Origin: a virus
Taxonomy: Duplodnaviria > Heunggongvirae > Uroviricota > Caudoviricetes
Direction: 5' to 3' (one strand)
IMG/VR virus record: IMGVR_UViG_2713897075_000003
Location: 1-24,702 of that record
DNA length: 24,702 nucleotides
Shown here: in pieces, positions 8,489 through 15,582 of the stretch
How positions within the stretch are numbered: the first letter of the stretch is position 1
How the letters are laid out: every line of letters begins with the position of its first letter
Position numbers and translations under genes: made by a program
The notes under the pieces: generated by a model
Databases searched by the model: none
What the model saw: only the letters and a program-made list of their open reading frames with translations
Told to the model about the DNA's origin: nothing

Positions 8489-8811
8489 GCTGATTCCCTT
8501 TGCTCTTCCTGGATAATGTTGTTGCAATCTTTCACGCACTCGTTGCAGATGAAAACGTTGTCCCCGGCAATTAACTTTTTAACGGTGTGCTGGGATTTGT
8601 TGCAGAAGCTGCAATAAAGCGTTGGACTGGCTGATACGGATGGTGCGCCAGATGTCAGCCGCGCGATGTCGTTCTTGCGACGCAATATCACACGGCTGCA
8701 CTCGACCAGCATCTCCGGGGATATCTTCTCCTCCGTAGCGAGCGTTTCTAATCGTTCGAGTATGTGGAAGGCTTTTTCCTGGGTAATTGCAGAATGAGAT
8801 GTGGTCATCAT
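8485..8811 (-). CDS. Stand-alone ClpX-type C4 zinc-finger (ZBD-like) protein (108 aa)
   Basis: C-terminal half [40 protein letters not shown] aligns almost residue-for-residue with the ClpX N-terminal zinc-binding domain ([40 protein letters not shown], recalled from memory). No AAA+ module follows. Confidence 0.6.
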   Translation of the reverse strand: MMTTSHSAITQEKAFHILERLETLATEEKISPEMLVECSRVILRRKNDIARLTSGAPSVSASPTLYCSFCNKSQHTVKKLIAGDNVFICNECVKDCNNIIQEEQRESA

Positions 8812-9509
8812 CTTTCCCCTTCAAAGTTCGGGCGCAGGCAGGATTGTCCTTTACGAAGCAGGGCTGCGAACCTGTCGGCCGCATCCGCGCAAGCAGAAGC
8901 AACGGAATCAAAAAATGGATCATCTCCGGTATCGCGCATCGTCAAAGCGAATGCCTCCAATCCCTGAGCCTGTATTTCTACAAGATAAGCCTCAGATATA
9001 GTGCTTTTCGCTTCACCTAACTCGTTATGAGCTATGTTCGCTACGCATGCGATGTCTATATCTGGATGATTAATTGGGAGATGGCTAAGAATTGCCTCAA
9101 GTGCTGCTTTTTTGTTTTGGCATTCCGCCACCAGCGCCCCGCTATTGCTTTCCAGCTCTGCAATACACTTTTTAGCGGCCTCCAGCTCAACACGCAGCTT
9201 CTCAAGCGTTAGGGCCATCTCCACGTTCTCGTCCAGCAGTTCAATCACATCAGGATCGCTACCATCAACTACTGATATGCGCGAATTTTTGTAATGCTCG
9301 TCAGCATAAGTTCGTCCAGTTTTGAAGCATCCGTCATCCTCCATGCCGGAACAGGCATAAACAACATGCGATCCAGATATGCGCTGCATTGACATTTCCT
9401 CGCCACAAACAGGGCATTTAGGCGCTGGTTTCGGTGAATAACGTTCACGTAACGGATAATAAATCTCGATCTCCGCCAGTTGCTCTGGCGTTAAACCTTC
9501 AGACTTCAT
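8808..9509 (-). CDS. Ea22-like family protein with N-terminal zinc-ribbon (233 aa)
   Basis: ORF track; CPVCGEEM...YACSG...DGC cysteine cluster plus coiled coil [23 protein letters not shown] shared with the other Ea22-like paralogs. Confidence 0.5.
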   Translation of the reverse strand: MKSEGLTPEQLAEIEIYYPLRERYSPKPAPKCPVCGEEMSMQRISGSHVVYACSGMEDDGCFKTGRTYADEHYKNSRISVVDGSDPDVIELLDENVEMALTLEKLRVELEAAKKCIAELESNSGALVAECQNKKAALEAILSHLPINHPDIDIACVANIAHNELGEAKSTISEAYLVEIQAQGLEAFALTMRDTGDDPFFDSVASACADAADRFAALLRKGQSCLRPNFEGER

Positions 9510-9816
9510 GCACTCTCCTTTCGAAATAAACGTACTGATTAATCATGCCCAGGGGCATTTCGAGTTTTTCCGCGATCTCACGGCGGGGAACGCCGCATTG
9601 ATGAAGTTGCCGCGCCAGCTCTATATCGCTCTGCCGATATTTGGCTGACTGGTGAAAGTCACCTTTCAGAATCATTCTGATCCCCAGTTCCCGCGCTTTA
9701 GTCCTGACAGCATCTCCGGTACGCCCGATCAGCCTCCCTATACTCTCGACTGTCATAGTTCCGGCACACTGGCGGAGTATCATGATTTCTGCCCTTCTCC
9801 ATCCCCGCCATCTCAC
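9499..9816 (-). CDS. Putative HTH DNA-binding protein (105 aa)
   Basis: ORF track; start overlaps the upstream stop (ATGA); helix-turn-helix-like segments ESIGRLIGRTGDAVRTKARELGI and VPRREIAEKLEMPLGMINQYV. Confidence 0.45.
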   Translation of the reverse strand: MRWRGWRRAEIMILRQCAGTMTVESIGRLIGRTGDAVRTKARELGIRMILKGDFHQSAKYRQSDIELARQLHQCGVPRREIAEKLEMPLGMINQYVYFERRVHEV

Positions 9817-10436
9817 GCTGACATCCTCTTAGACATAAACTCAACAAAACGAACTGCATCTTCAGAAACAACGCCGCATGACTTCAGATAATTCATTGCG
9901 TCATTAGGTAGCGGATTAGTTGGTTCGGCATTTGCCAGGGATTGAGATAAACGCGTGATTAATTTGACCATTCTCCGCTGCCGGAGGTTGTATCCTTCAG
10001 CTAAAGACAGGTAACTGGAAAGGGTATTGCTTAAGCGGGCGCGAAGCTGATCCGTGCCGTGACATTCAATAGCAACATCACGTAACGCATCGACCAGTTC
10101 ACGGTAAAGATGCGCTGCCATTCTGCAATCTGTGTCAGATGGTGCTTCATAAATTACCGTCAACCCCAGTTTTTCAGCCAGAGCGTGTTCTGCACGTGCT
10201 CCTGCGGACACATCCCATCCCTTAAGCAGATAGATCGCATCAGCAGAACGCACCATTGCCAGGCAAATATCCATGTATTCACTCTGACAAAGGCCACCAG
10301 GTAACACAGCTGGATTCAGAACGATATGCCCTTCAGCCATCAGCTCGCTCGCTTTCGCATCAAACGCCGCACGGTTGTAATCTGGATAACCAGTCATCGG
10401 CCCCGCGATGTAAATTTTCAAAACACGTTTCACCAT
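9813..10436 (-). CDS. DUF4406 / nucleoside 2-deoxyribosyltransferase-like protein (207 aa)
   Basis: Internal ATG at 10436 of track ORF 9813..10463, coupled to the stop of the upstream small ORF. KIYIAGPMTGYPDYNRAAFDAKASELMAEGHIVLNPA...ADAIYLLKGWDVSAGARAEHALAEKLGL fits the DUF4406 pattern. Confidence 0.55.
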   Translation of the reverse strand: MVKRVLKIYIAGPMTGYPDYNRAAFDAKASELMAEGHIVLNPAVLPGGLCQSEYMDICLAMVRSADAIYLLKGWDVSAGARAEHALAEKLGLTVIYEAPSDTDCRMAAHLYRELVDALRDVAIECHGTDQLRARLSNTLSSYLSLAEGYNLRQRRMVKLITRLSQSLANAEPTNPLPNDAMNYLKSCGVVSEDAVRFVEFMSKRMSA

Positions 10437-10591
10437 CAAAATTTCCCCAGCATCGTGACGCAAAACATCAGCACGGCAAAAAGCTCAATACCAAGTTCAA
10501 GTAGCGCCAACGCCCCGAAAAACAGCACATAGAACAGACCGATCTCATTCACAGATGGCTGGTGGATCGCACTTAAAGCTATAAGCATCAT
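10436..10591 (-). CDS. Small hydrophobic membrane peptide (51 aa), first gene of the leftward operon
   Basis: Hand translation MMLIALSAIHQPSVNEIGLFYVLFFGALALLELGIELFAVLMFCVTMLGKF; GGAGGA directly upstream but with short spacing; stop shares a base with the downstream ATG; below the track length cutoff. Confidence 0.35.
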   Translation of the reverse strand: MMLIALSAIHQPSVNEIGLFYVLFFGALALLELGIELFAVLMFCVTMLGKF

Positions 10592-10616
10592 GTCCTCCAA
10601 ACAGTTATCAGCGAAG

Positions 10617-10693
10617 ATATTAATGTTTTATGTTAGAAAATCAATTTTGATTATCTAACGATATTGATCAATCATAAAAAAAATCGCTGATAA
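10617..10693. promoter_or_regulatory. Divergent promoter region with operator TGTTAGA-N16-TCTAACg (site 2, 10631-10660)
   Basis: Leftward promoter (minus-strand reading): -35 TTGATT (10639-10644), 16-nt spacer, -10 TAATAT (10617-10622), with the operator covering the -35 and spacer. Rightward promoter: -35 TTGATC (10664-10669), 18-nt spacer, -10 TGATAA (10688-10693), then RBS AAGAGG and ATG 10710. Confidence 0.6.
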
Positions 10694-10709
10694 GTAAGAG
10701 GCAGCCATC

Positions 10710-11288
10710 ATGCAGAAACAGAGTTATTGGGAGAAACAGAGACAAAAAGCCATGCAAAAATTGGCTGACCCAGCCTGGCGAGAGGAACAAAGGGCAAAGC
10801 GCCTTCAACAAGCTTTACGCCAGCAGCAGCGAGCGAAAGAAAAAGCCTCATCGCCTGAATATCGGCAAAAGAAAATTGAAAAAGCAAAGCAATATGAACA
10901 GCGGAGAAAAGAGAAGGCTGTATCAGCTCCGTCCAAAAAAACACGCACGTCACGCGGCCTGAAAGGAAGATCACTCACAGCCGATGAACGCCGGATACAG
11001 ACCGCTATCGGTACTCTCCCCTGCATTGCCTGCCATATTCACGGGCAACATAGCCCAGTGGTATCCCTGCACCATATCTTCGGGAGAACGGCAGAGAACG
11101 CGCATAAATATGTTCTCCCTTTGTGTAAATGGCACCACCAGTACGCAGCGCCAGCCGAGGTCCGAGAACAATATCCCTGGCTGGTCCCTGTTCATGCTGA
11201 CGGAAAAATAGGCGGAAAAGCAGATTTCATGCGGCACAATGCCGATGAAATGGCGTTGTATCAGATGGCGATTGAATTGATAAATTAG
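10710..11288 (+). CDS. Ref-like (P1 recombination enhancement function-type) HNH-like nuclease (192 aa)
   Basis: About 95-aa highly basic, low-complexity N-terminus followed by a compact Cys/His core (LPCIACHIHGQHSPVVSLHHIF...LPLCKWHHQ). Architecture matches what I recall of P1 Ref / DUF968; no alignment was run. Confidence 0.55.
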   Translation: MQKQSYWEKQRQKAMQKLADPAWREEQRAKRLQQALRQQQRAKEKASSPEYRQKKIEKAKQYEQRRKEKAVSAPSKKTRTSRGLKGRSLTADERRIQTAIGTLPCIACHIHGQHSPVVSLHHIFGRTAENAHKYVLPLCKWHHQYAAPAEVREQYPWLVPVHADGKIGGKADFMRHNADEMALYQMAIELIN

Positions 11289-11619
11289 TTTTCTAACATT
11301 TTAAGTTGAATTGAAAAATGCTCCGATGTACATTCACTACCGATTGGCACACCGGTCAACTTTTTGAGACAAACTGTTTAGTTTTTCGTATGATTGCCGC
11401 CGCCATACCAATGGCGGTGCAATATAGGTGGCTGAAAAGCCCCCGTTGACTCACGGTGTTCCAGCCTTTATTGCGCCGCCACCAGACCGTGGAACAGTCG
11501 ATGGCGGCTCCGAAAGCAAGGAGTCACTACACTATGAACAGCTACTGTCTTTTCCCATCACTCGTTGTCCGCCACTCACGCGATAATCTGCATTCTTTAC
11601 TCGCGCTGGGGGTGTCAAA

Positions 11620-11787
11620 ATGACCGTTCGCTACCTCAACTTTCAAATCCAGAACATCACTGGCGGTTGCTATGACTGGTTTGTCACTCTCGGAAAAGAA
11701 GTGATCACCGGGAAGCTGGATGAAGTGAAAGCTAAAGCAATGGCCTACGCCTGCAAGCAAGCCAGGAAGAAATCCGCCAAAGCATAA
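11620..11787 (+). CDS. Possible small basic protein (55 aa) preceded by a coupled 29-codon upstream ORF (11534..11623)
   Basis: Hand translation MTVRYLNFQIQNITGGCYDWFVTLGKEVITGKLDEVKAKAMAYACKQARKKSAKA. Upstream ORF has RBS AAGGAG and its TGA overlaps this ATG. Both are below the track cutoff and speculative. Confidence 0.2.
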   Translation: MTVRYLNFQIQNITGGCYDWFVTLGKEVITGKLDEVKAKAMAYACKQARKKSAKA

Positions 11788-11833
11788 AATACTGACTGTT
11801 GCGCCCTGGCATTATCGTGGGGTATATTTCTAC

Positions 11834-11914
11834 GGCACCTTAGAAAAACGGGTGCCGGGATTGGAACCCCGGATAATGTCAAAGGCGACACAGACGCCGA
11901 AAGCGTCTTTTTTT
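11834..11914 (+). ncRNA. Candidate structured small RNA / 3' UTR element ending in an intrinsic terminator; possible c4-like antisense regulator of the downstream icd-like/ant operon
   Basis: Hairpins GGCACC(11 nt)GGTGCC and CCGGG-ATTGGAAC-CCCGG followed by the terminator hairpin. The loop ATTGGAAC is complementary to GGTTCC (11997-12002) and GTTCCAAC (12017-12024) in the leader of the downstream operon. No expression data. Confidence 0.25.
11893..11914 (+). terminator. Rho-independent terminator (GACGC-cgaaa-GCGTC followed by T7)
   Basis: 5-bp GC-rich stem, 5-nt loop, seven consecutive T residues. Confidence 0.6.
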
Positions 11915-12099
11915 GTGTCATGCCATCGCACAGCCATACGTAGCGTTTAGCTCAGAGATCAATGGTAGTGCTGGCTGGGCTGCCGAAAGGCAGGCCGGTT
12001 CCCTTTGACGCCGGTAGTTCCAACCCAGTCAGTGCTACCGCCATTGAGATTGGAACCTCACGCGGTAGCTCCTTAACTTAGTCAAAGGAGGCTGCCAAT

Positions 12100-12315
12100 A
12101 TGGCTACTATCCCTACCCCAACTCATTCTGAATTTATCTGGCGTTTCTATTCCTGCCAAAAACACCTGTATATCTGCGTCATGGCTGCTACCGAAGCAGA
12201 GGCGCGCTCATACCTTCCCAAAGAACCCTGCATTTTTGCTGCTCGCTTCACTCTTGATGCGATGGAGATCCTCAATTACTGGAATCTACCGATGAACTGC
12301 GTGGAGGTGCACTGA
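12100..12315 (+). CDS. Small ORF (71 aa) translationally coupled to the antirepressor gene; icd-like position
   Basis: Strong RBS AAGGAGG 8 nt upstream of ATG 12100; its stop overlaps the ATG of the Rha gene (ctgATGaat). Confidence 0.5.
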   Translation: MATIPTPTHSEFIWRFYSCQKHLYICVMAATEAEARSYLPKEPCIFAARFTLDAMEILNYWNLPMNCVEVH

Positions 12316-13256
12316 TGAATCTGTCCATCTCTCAAAAAGCGACAATGACCAGCATTGAGATCGCGGAACTGGTAGGAAGTCGCCAAGATAGTGTGAAGAG
12401 AACTATCGAAACACTGGCTAAAAAGAGTGTGATCCAATTTCCACAATCTGTGGAAATTGAAAATAAACAATCAGTTGGCCCTCGTCGATTTTCCAAGGCT
12501 TACATATTTGAAGGCGAACAAGGAAAACGAGACAGCATCATTGTCGTCGCGCAGCTCTCTCCGGAATTCACCGCCCGGCTGGTGGACCGCTGGCGCGAAC
12601 TGGAGAATGCCCGGGTACAGTTAAAATCAAAAGCCGAAATCCTGGCTGAAATGGCGCAAATGCATCTTGAGCATGAACGCCGGATCAACGCCGTAAATGC
12701 CCAGGTAGCCGAGGTATCAGCACAAGTATCGATGGTCGCTGAAACACTCGAGCAAATAAAGAAAGGCAATATTCCGGAAGGCTACATTGGCTACCGCCAG
12801 CTGGCGGCGAAATGTGGCCTGACTGAAGCCAAATGTCGCAACCTGGTTAACGCTTTCCGGATTCCCACCGATACGCATGAGTTTTTAACTCCAGATGGTT
12901 TGCTTGCGCGACGCTCCATTGTGGCCCTGGCCCCCTTCCGGAAAGCCTTTAAGCAGGTGATGTCGGAGGCAGAACCACGCAATAAACGCTGGTATCATCC
13001 AAAGATGGGGATGTTTCAGGCAATCCACCATCCTGTGCCTGAAAGCCCAAAGGATAATCTGTCACTACATACCGTCAGAGAGAAGATCAGGACTGGATAC
13101 GCAACAGTGTGTCGTCGTTCTTCCTGGCCTGAAGGTATATGGGTGTGGCCCGAAGGTGGATCACGAAAGCACTGGCGCACCATCCGTGACGGGAAAATCC
13201 ATGCTATTGATTTAGCTCCAGAGGATGTTATTGCTATGGACTGGATTGTTAGTTAA
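12315..13256 (+). CDS. Phage regulatory protein Rha / antirepressor (Ant-like), 313 aa
   Basis: N-terminus MTSIEIAELVGSRQDSVKRTIETLAKK...RRFSKAYIFEGEQGKRDSIIVVAQLSPEFTARLVDRWRELE is typical of Rha-family antirepressor N-domains. Confidence 0.7.
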   Translation: MNLSISQKATMTSIEIAELVGSRQDSVKRTIETLAKKSVIQFPQSVEIENKQSVGPRRFSKAYIFEGEQGKRDSIIVVAQLSPEFTARLVDRWRELENARVQLKSKAEILAEMAQMHLEHERRINAVNAQVAEVSAQVSMVAETLEQIKKGNIPEGYIGYRQLAAKCGLTEAKCRNLVNAFRIPTDTHEFLTPDGLLARRSIVALAPFRKAFKQVMSEAEPRNKRWYHPKMGMFQAIHHPVPESPKDNLSLHTVREKIRTGYATVCRRSSWPEGIWVWPEGGSRKHWRTIRDGKIHAIDLAPEDVIAMDWIVS

Positions 13257-13315
13257 ATGCTGCATCCCCGGCGACGCCGGGGATTTAACTGCCAAATAAT
13301 CGGATTATCCGCACG

Positions 13316-13627
13316 ATGAAAAAAATAGATTTCACTTATTCTGCCGCCACACTTGAGCGGCGCTTCACCCTCATTAGAGAGTTGGAACTGTCAAAAGTCT
13401 GGTATCAAATCCTACTGGATGAAGAGTTTTCACTGATGGTTATAGCAGAAAAATTGGCTATGCCGAATGACCGGCACAAGGTCATAGCCAGCCTCGATCT
13501 GGTGACAAACAGATACTGGGAAACAGAGGAACTACATGAGGCGGGAGTAATTCGTGACCTGATGGAGAATTCCGTTCCCCGCCGCTATCGTGCAGGAAAC
13601 GGCATCTCCGTGGTTAAAGGTGTTTAA
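13316..13627 (+). CDS. Hypothetical protein (103 aa)
   Basis: ORF track; weak RBS; preceded by hairpin CCCCGGCG/CGCCGGGG (13266-13282); its stop overlaps the stop of the convergent gene. Confidence 0.35.
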   Translation: MKKIDFTYSAATLERRFTLIRELELSKVWYQILLDEEFSLMVIAEKLAMPNDRHKVIASLDLVTNRYWETEELHEAGVIRDLMENSVPRRYRAGNGISVVKGV

Positions 13628-14016
13628 AGCTCACCTGCGCGCTGTTTTTCAAGCACAGATTTAACATTTGGCGCTTTCCCTTTAAAAGAATGGAAAGTGC
13701 CACATTTTTCTGTTTTAACCTCGCGCAGAGCTTCGCCATCGGCGTTCTGCCATTGATGGGATAATGTCATATCACCGCGAGAAGGAACATCCAGCGAGTA
13801 CAGCGTGTAAGTTCCCCCCATCTCCGCATACTCCTGGAACACATAGCTCATTACGTCAGATTCAGTTTTTCGGTGTGCGTTATCAACCTTATTCCCATTC
13901 AGAAATATGGCATCTGGATAGATTTTTATATCAAACCGACCGCACTTAACTTGTAAATTTCCGGCGCTCGCGATCAAAGGGAAAGACGCCAGTAAAGCAA
14001 TAGCCAATCTTTTCAA
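13624..14016 (-). CDS. Secreted/periplasmic protein of unknown function (130 aa, signal peptide)
   Basis: TTG start at 14016 preceded by GGAGG at 6 nt; N-terminus MKRLAIALLASFPLIASA is a classic Sec signal peptide. Confidence 0.5.
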   Translation of the reverse strand: MKRLAIALLASFPLIASAGNLQVKCGRFDIKIYPDAIFLNGNKVDNAHRKTESDVMSYVFQEYAEMGGTYTLYSLDVPSRGDMTLSHQWQNADGEALREVKTEKCGTFHSFKGKAPNVKSVLEKQRAGEL

Positions 14017-14036
14017 TTCTGCCTCCGCTGCGTAAC

Positions 14037-14660
14037 TTATTGCCCGTATTTTTTACACCATTGCTCTGCCATTTGTTTGGCTAAAGGCCCGGCTACTGCA
14101 CTGTATTCTGCTGTTTTACTTTGCACACATGAAGCAGATGGTTTTTTATTTCGCTGCTCGGTTAGTTTGCGCTCATAAGCCATCATGCTATCGAACCCGG
14201 CAATATCACTTTGGCGAAGCATTCCCTTTTTAACCAAAAATTGCTGCCCCTCGGGCACCAACGCAAGCATAAAAAGTGGTTGTAATAACTCACCTAATCC
14301 TTGCTGGCGATACACTTCGAATTGCTGCCATCCCTGACTTAATCTGGAAAGAGTATCTTTGGTTGAATAACCTGTTTTTGTTATAGCTTTGTCCGTCAGA
14401 TATGCTGTATATGCAAAAACGCAAAAGTCAGTTTTACCAATAAACTGAGTTCCAACAGGCCGTAATGGAATGCCCTCTCTCTTGCAAAAGTCCATAATTG
14501 CCGCTTGTGAATGATCCCCACCAGCGTTATTCATAACCTGCTGCCCTGCCCTGAATTGTGCAGGTAACGCAGTTGCATTGGCTGTATTAACAGATACGCA
14601 TCCCAACATAGCCGCGAGCGCGGTCCCTAAAACCCTTAACTTCACTACACCGTCCTTCAT
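14037..14660 (-). CDS. Putative lipoprotein of unknown function (about 202-207 aa)
   Basis: ORF track 14037..14660. The ATG at 14660 lacks an RBS, whereas the in-frame GTG at 14645 has AAGGA 8 nt upstream and gives M-KLRVLGTALAAMLGC (signal peptide plus lipobox-like LGC), so the real start is probably 14645. Confidence 0.5.
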   Translation of the reverse strand: MKDGVVKLRVLGTALAAMLGCVSVNTANATALPAQFRAGQQVMNNAGGDHSQAAIMDFCKREGIPLRPVGTQFIGKTDFCVFAYTAYLTDKAITKTGYSTKDTLSRLSQGWQQFEVYRQQGLGELLQPLFMLALVPEGQQFLVKKGMLRQSDIAGFDSMMAYERKLTEQRNKKPSASCVQSKTAEYSAVAGPLAKQMAEQWCKKYGQ

Positions 14661-14876
14661 GTAAACAAAATGAAGTTTTATGTTACAAAAACAATCAACT
14701 ACATCAACATGATTTAGGCCAAATTTCGGTCAAAAAATAAAATCCACAAAAAGTGGTTGACACTATTTTGGAAATCACAAACTGCACATAATCCATCGCG
14801 CTAACGGCTCCCGTTGAAGGTTCTTTTGACGATTAACTTTCAGCCGAAGCGCGGTAGGGAGTCATAACGCCAAAGC

Positions 14877-14901
14877 AGGCCGCCATGTGCGGCCTTTTTT
14901 T
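14877..14901 (+). terminator. Rho-independent terminator (AGGCCGC-catgt-GCGGCCT followed by T7) 27 bp upstream of the next start codon
   Basis: 7-bp GC-rich stem, 5-nt loop, T-run 14895-14901; sits between a possible promoter region (about 14757-14791) and the RBS of the 14929 gene. Confidence 0.55.
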
Positions 14902-14928
14902 GTATCCGTCATCCGTGGAGGAAGGACA

Positions 14929-15582
14929 ATGGAAAAGATCGCAATATTCAGCCTGACCACCAGCAAGCCTCAAATGCTCACTGCAATACTGAAAGACGGT
15001 GCTCTCATTATTAACGAAGTAAAACCCCTTCCCGCGTCAGCATTGGAGCAAAAGCAAAAAATTCCTCCAGCTATAGCAGCCCTGCGGAAAAGCAAATTTA
15101 AGGTACTGGTAGACGAAATAACGCCAACGATCTCCGCTGGCACCGGAGCAAGCCAGGTGACTCTCAAGACCCGTCATGCCGATGGCAGAGCAGCAATCAT
15201 CGTCGGGATGGAAAGATACAGAGAGTTAAAACTCCAGAAGCTATTATCCCTGCCGCAAAATAACAAAGGTGCTTTCGAAATCCCTGACTCCATCGTTGAC
15301 ACCGAATACAACGGTAACGGAGAAGAAGTCTACCGGGTGAACTGGCAGGATATCAGGCCGGAACATATTCTGATGGTCCTGTGTTGCTACGCGACCGTAT
15401 ACCACAACGTTGCCAGTGCGGATTACGTAGAGCAGATGATCGGTACAGTCGAGAAAGAGCAAAAAACAGGCATACTCGCTTCGTTCCTGTCCATTATTGG
15501 GCATGAAAAAGTTAAAGCAGGCACCTCCCAGCCAAAGTCACTGGCTGGGAAAGAAGTTGATGAAGATACCGTGATACTTTGA
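14929..15582 (+). CDS. Hypothetical protein (217 aa)
   Basis: Internal ATG of track ORF 14887..15582, preceded by GGAGGAAGG; no recognisable motifs. Confidence 0.5.
   Translation: MEKIAIFSLTTSKPQMLTAILKDGALIINEVKPLPASALEQKQKIPPAIAALRKSKFKVLVDEITPTISAGTGASQVTLKTRHADGRAAIIVGMERYRELKLQKLLSLPQNNKGAFEIPDSIVDTEYNGNGEEVYRVNWQDIRPEHILMVLCCYATVYHNVASADYVEQMIGTVEKEQKTGILASFLSIIGHEKVKAGTSQPKSLAGKEVDEDTVIL

Noticed and set aside
11940-12040. tRNA-like appearance (GCGTTTAGCTCAGAG..., GNRA-capped hairpin CTGCC-gaaa-GGCAG, several stems)
   Set aside because: No canonical T-loop (GTTCRANYC), no 7-bp acceptor stem pairing with a 3' end, no anticodon arm could be drawn; more likely leader RNA structure.
14670-14700. 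ATGTT-N21-AACAT inverted repeat upstream of the lipoprotein gene as a fourth operator of the TGTTAGA family
   Set aside because: Half-site (TGTTACA) and spacer length (21) differ from the three N16 sites; kept out of the family.
14757-14791. Sigma70 promoter TTGACA ... CATAAT upstream of the leader terminator
   Set aside because: TTGACA-to-CATAAT spacing is 23 nt; with a 17-nt spacer the -10 would be AACTGC. No convincing promoter could be fixed, so only the terminator is reported.
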